Of a stretch of 23,206 bases of DNA, positions 1 to 7,497 are shown in pieces. The notes beneath the pieces were generated by a model. It saw nothing but the letters and a program-made list of their open reading frames with translations. It was not told the DNA's origin and searched no databases. Position 1 is the stretch's first letter, and every line of letters begins with the position of its first letter. The position numbers and the translations under genes were made by a program. Origin of the DNA: Oligoflexales bacterium (GTDB lineage: Bacteria > Bdellovibrionota_B > Oligoflexia > Oligoflexales > RGVZ01); NCBI GenBank assembly GCA_044236265.1, contig JBIIGV010000042.1, positions 1 to 23,206 of the forward strand. The letters run 5' to 3'.

Positions 1-1980
1 CAGAAAGGGCGGGAACCCAACACCAAAAACGCTGCCAATATCTCCCTCATAAGGCGATGGGAGGACCTTATCTTCGAGACATAGAATCGATTCATTAATA
101 TAACCAAGAACGCATCGATCAATTAGCTCGTCTCTGTTGAGGCTTCTTGATGGTGTGACCTTGATCAGCGAATAAATTTCCTCGTCTACGGATCCCCGCT
201 TCCCATTCTCATAACGGTAAAATCCTTTGCCGTTTTTACGGCCTAGGCGTCCGCTTTCTGCAATAGGCTTAAACTGATCCGGAGTTTTAAATCGGTCTGG
301 CCAAGCAGCCTCCATGGTTTTGAGAACATGCATACCTATGTCAAGGCCAACTTCATCAATCAACGTTATAGGTCCAACCGGCCACCCAAACTCTGTTAAG
401 GTGTCATCGAGATAGTCAATCGCAACACCCTCGCCAAGCATCATGGAGGCTTCGGCAAGGTAAAAAGACAGTGCACGGTTTACATAAAATCCAGGGCTAT
501 CTTTGACGATAATGATCGTTTTACCCATTTGATTTCCGAGCTCTACAATTCTAGCAACGGCCCAAGGGGCTGTCTTTTCAGCAACAACGACCTCAAGAAG
601 TGGCATTTTCTCAACGGGAGAGAAAAAATGCATTCCTACGACCCGCTCTGGGGACGCAGACTTTTCAGCGATACTTTTAAGCGGGAGAGCTGAGGTGTTT
701 GATGCAAAAATCCAATCTTTTTGACAGCCGCTTTCAAGTCCAGCGAGGATTTTCTGTTTTAGACTGATCTCCTCAAATACAGATTCGATGACGACATCGA
801 GCTGATTAAATCCGGTTGGCGCAAGTTGGGGGCAAATCTGTGCCAATTTGCTGTCTGCTTGAAATGATTTAAGACGCCTTCTTTTGACCTTCTTATAAAT
901 AAAATCCCGGGCACTTTTCATCAGACGACCGAGGGCGTCCTTGTTAGGATCGCTCACAGAAACACGAACGTCCCGGTCAGCAAGCACAGTGGTTATGCCT
1001 GTGCCCATGAACCCGCCACCGATAACGCCTACGGAGGATACTTTTAAGCCGTTTGGAAATCTCTCTTTCCCAGAATCTTTATAGGGATGCTTCTTAATAG
1101 CATTCGACGCGTGGAAAAGGTGAACAAGCGATTTAGATTCCGACGTTTGCGTCAGGTCTCCAAAATGCTTCGCTTCAAGAGCCAAACCTTTTTCAAGACT
1201 CATTTCAAAACCAGAAAAAACCGCATCAAGCGCCTTGTAGGATGCCGGATAAAATCCCTTGGTTTTTTCGGTGACGGCTTCTTTGGCCTTGATCGCCATA
1301 ATTTTACGGCCGACCAAGTTACCTTCAAGCGCAATTTGCGCCAACGCTTTCTTTGGCACGAGCCCAGCTGGGCGCTTTTGAACGGCAAGCTTTTTTGCCT
1401 CTCTAAGTAAAATGTTTTGGTGAACACAGGCATCGACAAGGCCCATTTTGACCGCCTTGTTTCCGTCAACACGCTTTCCAGTGAGAATCATGTCGAGTGC
1501 AGCTGCGATTCCGATGAGGCGCGGCAGTCTTTGTGTCCCACCCGCACCTGGAATAAAGCCAAGTTGGATTTCGGGAAGACCTAATTTTGTCTTTTCATCA
1601 GACGTCGCAATACGCCACGAACATGCCAAAGCCAGTTCAAGACCTCCGCCAAGGCAGGCGCCATGAATGGCTGCAACAGAAGGTTTGCCTAGTTTTGAGA
1701 ATCGATGCAGGATTTCTTGCATCGCCAACGAACCTTGCTCTGCGTCCTTTGCAGACTTAAATTTTGCAATGTCTTCGATATCAGCGCCAGCTATGAACTG
1801 GTCTTTTTTTCCGCTGATAAATACAACGCCTGAAATATCATTATCTTCAGCCAATTGATTTAAGACATGATTTAACTCGCGCAGTACGACTTCGCCAAGC
1901 GTGTTGGCCTCCTTGTCTGTCCGTTCAAATGTAACGATGGCTATTTTGTCTTCTTTTGTAACTTTATAAAATTGAGTCAT
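1..1980 (-). CDS. fadJ: Fatty acid oxidation complex subunit alpha (enoyl-CoA hydratase / 3-hydroxyacyl-CoA dehydrogenase); 3' end runs off the window
   Basis: Absent from the ORF track because there is no stop in the window. Manual translation from ATG 1980 (MTQFYKVTKEDKIAIVTF) gives FIAGADI, GACLGGGLELALAC, LGLPEIQLGFIPGAGGTQRLPRLIG, GVIGGGFMGTGI, ASNTSAL, GMHFFSPVEKMPLLEVV, PGFYVNR, ending GVGFPPFL at position 1. Directly downstream of the thiolase. Confidence 0.95.
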   Translation of the reverse strand, partial: MTQFYKVTKEDKIAIVTFERTDKEANTLGEVVLRELNHVLNQLAEDNDISGVVFISGKKDQFIAGADIEDIAKFKSAKDAEQGSLAMQEILHRFSKLGKPSVAAIHGACLGGGLELALACSWRIATSDEKTKLGLPEIQLGFIPGAGGTQRLPRLIGIAAALDMILTGKRVDGNKAVKMGLVDACVHQNILLREAKKLAVQKRPAGLVPKKALAQIALEGNLVGRKIMAIKAKEAVTEKTKGFYPASYKALDAVFSGFEMSLEKGLALEAKHFGDLTQTSESKSLVHLFHASNAIKKHPYKDSGKERFPNGLKVSSVGVIGGGFMGTGITTVLADRDVRVSVSDPNKDALGRLMKSARDFIYKKVKRRRLKSFQADSKLAQICPQLAPTGFNQLDVVIESVFEEISLKQKILAGLESGCQKDWIFASNTSALPLKSIAEKSASPERVVGMHFFSPVEKMPLLEVVVAEKTAPWAVARIVELGNQMGKTIIIVKDSPGFYVNRALSFYLAEASMMLGEGVAIDYLDDTLTEFGWPVGPITLIDEVGLDIGMHVLKTMEAAWPDRFKTPDQFKPIAESGRLGRKNGKGFYRYENGKRGSVDEEIYSLIKVTPSRSLNRDELIDRCVLGYINESILCLEDKVLPSPYEGDIGSVFGVGFPPFL

Positions 1981-1997
1981 TAGGTCTATTCCTCAGA

Positions 1998-3320
1998 TCA
2001 AATTCGTTCGAGTAGCATGGCACCGGCCATCCCGCCTGCAGCACAGATAGCAATCACGCCAAGATTTTTGTCTTTACGGACTAGCGAATTGGCCAGCGTC
2101 ATCGCAAGTCGCGCGCCTGTTGCTCCAAAGGGGTGTCCAATTGCAAGTGCACCGCCGTTTACGTTTAGCTTGTCCTCTGGAATCGCGCCAAACGCTTTAG
2201 TTAGCCCAAGATATTTTTGACAATACTCACCAGAGTCCATTGATTTAAGGCAGCTCAAAACCTGAGCTGCGAATGCTTCATGAATTTCAAAAAGATCAAT
2301 GTCTTTAATTTCAAGACCATTTCGTCTAAGAAGATGCGGTATGGCTATGGCAGGCCCAATGAGAAGCTGGTCATGGGGATCAACACCCACAAAGACAACA
2401 TCTCGGATCAGGGCTTTTGTCTTTAGTCCTGCTGACCGCGCAAAGGCTTCATCCGCAATAAGGCAAGCGGCACTCCCGTCTGTCAGGGCCGACGCATTCC
2501 CAGCGGTGATGGTTCCATACTTCTTGTCAAATGCAGGGCGGATTTTGGCGAGAGCATCAACGGTCGTGTCGCCACGTATAATGTTGTCTTTATCCACACA
2601 CGCTTGGTATTTTGGCGGCGCCCAGACGGGGATGATTTCCTCCGCAAATATGCCAGCTTCCTGTGCAGCAGCAGCTCGCAGGTGAGACCTGACTGCAAAC
2701 TTGTCCTGCTCCTCTCTAGAGATATTATTTTTCTTGGCCATGATCTCTGAGTGTTCGCCCATGGTTAGACCAGTTAATGGCTCGCTCACACTGGGTGGCT
2801 TTGGAACCCAGGCGCCTGCAGAAAACTCGGAGAGCAATGCGATCCTTTGAGCCGGTGATTTAGCTTTGTTTAATTTCACAAGAAACCGGCGCGCTTCTTT
2901 AGAGTAGACGATGGGAGCGTCACTTAGGCATTCAACGCCTCCTGCGATGATGGCTTGACTGTGACCTGCCATAATTGAGCGCGCCGCATCGGCGATCGTT
3001 TGCATGGAGCTCGTACATGCTCGGTTGAGGCTATATCCGTGAATGTGCGAAGGGAGTCCGAGATTGATGATAGCGTCTCTCGCCACATTGCCATTTTTTG
3101 TTTGTGGTGCGACAACGCCACACGTGATTTCATCCAAATCTTCGGGATTTATTCCAGACTTTTGGATGAGTCCTGTCACGGTTCTGCTGTAAAGTTCAAG
3201 CGTGTCACACTCTTCAAAGGCGCTGAACGATTTCACAAACGCTGTTCGCGCACCTTCTACAAAAACTGGTCGCTTGTTGCCTGGCTTACTGGTGCGTGCG
3301 TACTTGCTCACCAATGTCAT
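1998..3320 (-). CDS. fadI: 3-ketoacyl-CoA thiolase (FadI / trifunctional enzyme beta type)
   Basis: NRACTSS (catalytic Cys), EIHEAFAAQVL, NVNGGALAIGHPFGATGAR, ICAAGG; AAGGAG RBS upstream; paired with fadJ. Confidence 0.95.
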   Translation of the reverse strand: MTLVSKYARTSKPGNKRPVFVEGARTAFVKSFSAFEECDTLELYSRTVTGLIQKSGINPEDLDEITCGVVAPQTKNGNVARDAIINLGLPSHIHGYSLNRACTSSMQTIADAARSIMAGHSQAIIAGGVECLSDAPIVYSKEARRFLVKLNKAKSPAQRIALLSEFSAGAWVPKPPSVSEPLTGLTMGEHSEIMAKKNNISREEQDKFAVRSHLRAAAAQEAGIFAEEIIPVWAPPKYQACVDKDNIIRGDTTVDALAKIRPAFDKKYGTITAGNASALTDGSAACLIADEAFARSAGLKTKALIRDVVFVGVDPHDQLLIGPAIAIPHLLRRNGLEIKDIDLFEIHEAFAAQVLSCLKSMDSGEYCQKYLGLTKAFGAIPEDKLNVNGGALAIGHPFGATGARLAMTLANSLVRKDKNLGVIAICAAGGMAGAMLLERI

Positions 3321-3342
3321 AAGTTACTCCTTCGATAGATCT

Positions 3343-3732
3343 TTAAAGAACCTGCGCTTTAACTTTTTCAATTATCTGACCTAAAAATGCAACTTGTTGG
3401 GGCTCCGCCAACTCAAAGACGCCTCCCATGCGCATTTTGCTGTCATCAAACCATTTAACCGTTATGCGTAATAAGATGTCACTTGGTCCCGAAATCTCAA
3501 AAGGCGACAGCGGGATTGTCATCCAAAAGGACTCATCAGCTTTGCAGTGGAACTTTCCCGTAAACTCTATTTTGAATCCGTGCGTACTGAGATCCAATAA
3601 AACAGCGCTTTGAACTCCAAGTGGCCACCACCGGTAGCGCCTAACTTCGACAAGTGCATGCGAAATATATCGTTCAGGACGATTGTTTGATTGTTGGGAG
3701 CCTTGTTGCTCAGCCAAGATGGACTCCTTCAT
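3343..3732 (-). CDS. Stand-alone PilZ-domain protein (putative c-di-GMP receptor)
   Basis: RPERY (RxxxR-like) and DLSTHG (D/NxSxxG), then VKW and MGGVF beta strands. ATG 3732 (MKESILAEQ) preferred over the TTG at 3819; start uncertain. Confidence 0.75.
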   Translation of the reverse strand: MKESILAEQQGSQQSNNRPERYISHALVEVRRYRWWPLGVQSAVLLDLSTHGFKIEFTGKFHCKADESFWMTIPLSPFEISGPSDILLRITVKWFDDSKMRMGGVFELAEPQQVAFLGQIIEKVKAQVL

Positions 3733-3833
3733 GCCGAAGCCATGACAGGCCCCGTTGAATCGTTCGGTGTTAGGATTGTATAATGAAAGTCTGAGCGGTA
3801 GCAACCGTTCAGAAACCAAGGAGATTTCGACTT

Positions 3834-3858
3834 TTTGTAATTCACAAATTCTTTACAA
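3834..3858. promoter_or_regulatory. Operator-like inverted repeats upstream of glpD
   Basis: TTTGT-AATTC-ACAAA (3834-3848) and TTGTAA-N12-TTACAA (3835-3858) in the divergent PilZ/glpD spacer. Confidence 0.3.
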
Positions 3859-3875
3859 CGAACATTGGATTATCG

Positions 3876-5132
3876 ATGGATACTTTAGCTAACATAAAAT
3901 TAGAGCCCCGTTACCGCGTCGTTATCCTCGGTGGAGGAATTCACGGTGTCGGCATTGCGCACGATTTGGCAAGTAGGGGATGGCGCGATGTGCTGATTGT
4001 TGAAAAATCCATCGTCGGATCTGGAACCAGCGCAAAAAGTACAAAGTTAATCCATGGTGGCCTTAGATATCTCCAGCATCCGAGAGATTTTCCGCTCGTA
4101 GCTGAAGGCCTCGAAGAGCGCGCCCTGCTTGTTAAGCTTGCTCCTGATATTGTTAAACCACTCCCGTTTATTTTCCCGGTATTAAAAAAAGGTGGCATGC
4201 CGCGTTTTATGGTTAAGATCGGACTATGGCTTTACGATGCCCTATCCATGGGGCGTTCATTAGGTCGTCATGCCTGGCTCAACCCCGAGCAGGCGTTTGA
4301 GGAGGCGCCGATCCTGGATAAAGCCGTCTTCAAGGGTTTTTATCGCTTTTTTGACGGACAGACAGATGATCTGGAGTTAACGAGACGGGTCGCCAAGTCT
4401 GCCAAGAAACTTGGTGCGACGATTGCTGAACACTCTGAGGCCTTGTCTATGACTCATGGGGATAATGGCTGGACCATTACTGTCAGACAAGGTGAGCGAA
4501 CATCAACGATTACTACTAAATATGTGGTTAACGCCCTCGGTCCTTGGGCGCATGAGTTTCTGGCAAGGGCGAATATAAAACCGAAAGTTGCGGGTATTAA
4601 TAATCAAGGCACTCACATTATCGTGCGAGACCTTGGCTTGAAGTCCGGATTATTTTTACAGTCACCGGAAGATAGCCGAATTTTCTTTGTTCTACCTTGG
4701 AAGGGGTACACATTGATTGGCACCACTGAGGATAATTTTGATGGACCCGCTGATAAATGCCGACCAGAAGATCATCAGGTACAGTACTTGCTTGAACGCT
4801 GTAACAGATTTTTAGCCGCAAAACTTTCTAAAGACGATGTCATTCAATCGTTTTCTGGAATGCGCTGGCTTGCCGGTGATCCCAAAAGCGGGCTTTCCGA
4901 CACATCAAGATCGCACCTCATCACACAGCACGCCGCGGGCCATGATGTGCTCTACACAATTTATGGCGGAAAGCTCACAGCCTATAGAGCCCTTTCAAAA
5001 GAGGTGGCTGATCTAATTGCTAAATCTTTCGGTGACAAGTCCAAGTCATTAACTCATTTAAAAGAGATGTGGGCAGAGCCAGAATCCATGCCGGCAGAGC
5101 TTGTAGTTCCTCAGCGATTTAATGTTTTGTAA
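3876..5132 (+). CDS. glpD: FAD-dependent glycerol-3-phosphate dehydrogenase/oxidase family protein, short form
   Basis: GGGIHGVG (FAD binding), SGTSAKSTKLIHGGLRYL, DGQTDD, VVNALGPW, RIFFVLPW, LIGTTE, SGMR, YGGKLTAYR. Confidence 0.88.
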   Translation: MDTLANIKLEPRYRVVILGGGIHGVGIAHDLASRGWRDVLIVEKSIVGSGTSAKSTKLIHGGLRYLQHPRDFPLVAEGLEERALLVKLAPDIVKPLPFIFPVLKKGGMPRFMVKIGLWLYDALSMGRSLGRHAWLNPEQAFEEAPILDKAVFKGFYRFFDGQTDDLELTRRVAKSAKKLGATIAEHSEALSMTHGDNGWTITVRQGERTSTITTKYVVNALGPWAHEFLARANIKPKVAGINNQGTHIIVRDLGLKSGLFLQSPEDSRIFFVLPWKGYTLIGTTEDNFDGPADKCRPEDHQVQYLLERCNRFLAAKLSKDDVIQSFSGMRWLAGDPKSGLSDTSRSHLITQHAAGHDVLYTIYGGKLTAYRALSKEVADLIAKSFGDKSKSLTHLKEMWAEPESMPAELVVPQRFNVL

Positions 5133-5195
5133 CTATGGGCTGGGCAGCGAAGTGCCAAGTGAACAGCAGTTTCCAACGTCTTGCGTATAAGATCT

Positions 5196-6029
5196 ATGGC
5201 TGACAGAAAAACATTAAAACCTAAAAAAGTCGCCCCCAAGCGCCCCATGGGTAAGGTCTTGCAGAGCGTCAGACAGGTCATGCGCATAACACATGTCAGT
5301 GAGGAAGAGGCGATATGGCAGTGGGGAGAACCCAAGTCCAAAGCACTTCCGGAGATCATTGATGTTGGCATATGGAATATATGGAAGGGGTCAGGTGGCG
5401 AAGCGTTTGTGTCGGAGTATCGGCGCATGCTTGCTAACTGTCATTTGCTTCTTGCTCAGGAAGCATTACTAACCTTAAAGGCTTTAGCACAATTTGCGCC
5501 AGCTGGTTATCTTGCGCTTCACGGCGCAACATACCGCCGAAAAGACGGCATCCGTGACGGTGTTATGACGGTTTCTGCAGCTCATGCTGACGGACAGCCC
5601 CAAAGAATACTTTGCTTAGCTCCAGAACCGCTTCTTAATACGACCAAGGCGTCGCTTGTTTCTACTTACAGAATTGAAAACTCAGAAAAAGTTCTATGTG
5701 TCGTCAATATTCACGCGACCCTGCTTAGAAGACCGGCAACCGCCGTGCGCGAGCTAGAGCAGGTCCTGTCATACATCGGTGATCATTCCGGGCCGATATT
5801 GTTTGCTGGTGATTTCAACACGTTCTCAAAAGCGTACATCAACGAAGTAGATCGCGTTTTATCCTCCATCGGACTGAATCGAGTCTTAATGGAAGGAGAT
5901 CCGCGTACAACGACAACGGCACTTGATCAGATTTATGTGCGCGACATTCAGGTCTTGGATGCTCGGGTTGATACCACATATCAGCACTCGGATCATTTTC
6001 CGATCTTGGCGAAACTGAAGCTGAGCTAA
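5196..6029 (+). CDS. Endonuclease/exonuclease/phosphatase (EEP) family protein, YafD-like
   Basis: WNIWKG, QEA, VNIHA, AGDFNT, LDQIY, SDHFPI motifs. ATG 5196 chosen over TTG 5181. Confidence 0.88.
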   Translation: MADRKTLKPKKVAPKRPMGKVLQSVRQVMRITHVSEEEAIWQWGEPKSKALPEIIDVGIWNIWKGSGGEAFVSEYRRMLANCHLLLAQEALLTLKALAQFAPAGYLALHGATYRRKDGIRDGVMTVSAAHADGQPQRILCLAPEPLLNTTKASLVSTYRIENSEKVLCVVNIHATLLRRPATAVRELEQVLSYIGDHSGPILFAGDFNTFSKAYINEVDRVLSSIGLNRVLMEGDPRTTTTALDQIYVRDIQVLDARVDTTYQHSDHFPILAKLKLS

Positions 6030-6032
6030 TGA

Positions 6033-7223
6033 TTAGAATGATTTTCTGTATGCAACTGAGACCTTGTCGCCCGCACGTCCGACTGGACTGTCCGACCCAA
6101 AGGTCCAACCTTGCCTCGGCTCTGCTGTGACGCTCAGCTCAGAACCAGCGGTTCTCATGACCCACTCGCCCCTGGCTTGCTTAGCTGTGTGTGCATAGGT
6201 GATGTTGAGTCTAGGAAGATGTGAATGTCCCAAAATGTTTACGGCTGATGTTTGAGTCGGCTTAAATTTATAATCAAACTTTCGGCAGATCGACATCTCT
6301 GCGTAGACGGGTATTTTGATTTCATGAGTCATGGATTTCGCGATGTCTGATCTGCCTCCAGCGATAAGCTGCGATGACATCAAGCCATCAACTTGGGTGA
6401 AGGTAAATCGAGCTCCCGGTACAGACCCAGTGCTGATCTGGTCTGACATGATGGCATCCGCGTCAGCCGCATCAATTTTTATATTGATCTTTGGTGTAGG
6501 TAGTCTTCGCCACATGGACGTGTGTTGCACATATTCTTGGTCAGATTCAAATTCATCAAACACTTGACGCGTCGAGTTGTTGGAGAGCTTATCAATAGTG
6601 TAGATAACCTGAGCTTTGGCTCCAAAATCATGATGGATATCTGATATGGTTCCTAGTGTTGCAATTGGTGGCGCTTCTTTTGATGGAATGATATCAGTTT
6701 CCACCAATCCATAACGGATCTCAGGGATGTCTCGACGACGCGAAATGGATTTCACGGGGTGTTTTAGATCAAGATTAAACTTCATCCCCGAACGAATTTT
6801 TTCGATCACAGGAAACTGTTTCCTGGTGTTGACTTCGATTGCCTTGCGATATTGCTGACTGAGAATTCCGAAAAAAGCCTTTTCATCTGTATGGACGTGC
6901 AAGCTTTCCGGAGTAACTGCCAGAGTTGAAAGTTTTTTCATTCTTGCCGCACGGGACAATTGTTGTGAGGACTCGACAAAAGCCTTTGTCTTAACGTTGG
7001 ATCCCGACTGCCGAGACGTCATGGTTACGATAATGTCTTTAAACTTTGACGAGAGAACGTCAGCCAGGTCACTCGTTTTAATGAAATCGGATTGCTTCGG
7101 CATATTCGCCAAATCCTCCGCGGAATAACGGACTGTGATCATGTCAGCAGCAAAGGTAGATTGAGATAACACCATCCATAAGATGGCGCTCAAAGTCCTA
7201 CCAGATTTCACCAAACGATTCAC
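6033..7223 (-). CDS. Hypothetical exported protein (~396 aa), possibly outer-membrane
   Basis: GTG at 7223 lies 7 nt after AGGAG (7231-7235). N-terminus reads as a signal peptide (NRLVKSGRTLSAILWMVLSQSTFA-AD). C-terminus KVSVAYRKSF ends in Phe. No family recognised. Confidence 0.7.
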   Translation of the reverse strand: MNRLVKSGRTLSAILWMVLSQSTFAADMITVRYSAEDLANMPKQSDFIKTSDLADVLSSKFKDIIVTMTSRQSGSNVKTKAFVESSQQLSRAARMKKLSTLAVTPESLHVHTDEKAFFGILSQQYRKAIEVNTRKQFPVIEKIRSGMKFNLDLKHPVKSISRRRDIPEIRYGLVETDIIPSKEAPPIATLGTISDIHHDFGAKAQVIYTIDKLSNNSTRQVFDEFESDQEYVQHTSMWRRLPTPKINIKIDAADADAIMSDQISTGSVPGARFTFTQVDGLMSSQLIAGGRSDIAKSMTHEIKIPVYAEMSICRKFDYKFKPTQTSAVNILGHSHLPRLNITYAHTAKQARGEWVMRTAGSELSVTAEPRQGWTFGSDSPVGRAGDKVSVAYRKSF

Positions 7224-7298
7224 GCTGCGACTCCTAGAGCTGTCCCCTGGTCCAAGGCGGTTGGCCTTCAAGACAAATGGACTCTCGCTGCGAGCTTT

Positions 7299-7315
7299 TG
7301 CAAGGCGTGGGCCAA
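7299..7315 (-). promoter_or_regulatory. Sigma-54 (-24/-12) promoter for the exported hypothetical gene
   Basis: Minus strand TTGGCCCACGCCTTGCA = GG-N10-GC with TGGC and TTGCA cores, about 75 nt upstream of the GTG start. Confidence 0.7.
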
Positions 7316-7379
7316 CGGTTGGCTGGGCGTAAATGCCCAAAATAATGAGATTTTTTTTGATTTATAGCCGTTGCCCCGT

Positions 7380-7396
7380 TGTCGAATCTTTTGACA
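7380..7396. promoter_or_regulatory. Putative upstream activator sequence for a sigma-54 enhancer-binding protein
   Basis: Imperfect palindrome TGTCGAA-TCT-TTTGACA, 65-80 nt upstream of the -24 box and separated from it by an AT tract (7339-7366). It also contains TTGACA, so a role for ileS is possible. Confidence 0.45.
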
Positions 7397-7497
7397 CTCT
7401 AGTGTTGCCTCTAACCCCCTAAAACCGTTATGGTTAAGAGCTTTTTAGTATGCCCGCTTGTAGAGGCGATAAGAGCCTGTAATTAGAGGTGTTTTTT

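Noticed and set aside
1087..1858. Short ORFs 1087..1410, 1200..1472, 1448..1666 and 1667..1858
   Set aside because: Antisense or off-frame shadows of the uninterrupted fadJ frame.
7224..7340. N-terminal extension of the orphan ORF to 7340
   Set aside because: It spans the sigma-54 box; the RBS and signal peptide point to GTG 7223.
7400..7497. T-box riboswitch or attenuator before ileS
   Set aside because: Leader too short; no T-box consensus or Ile-rich leader peptide seen.
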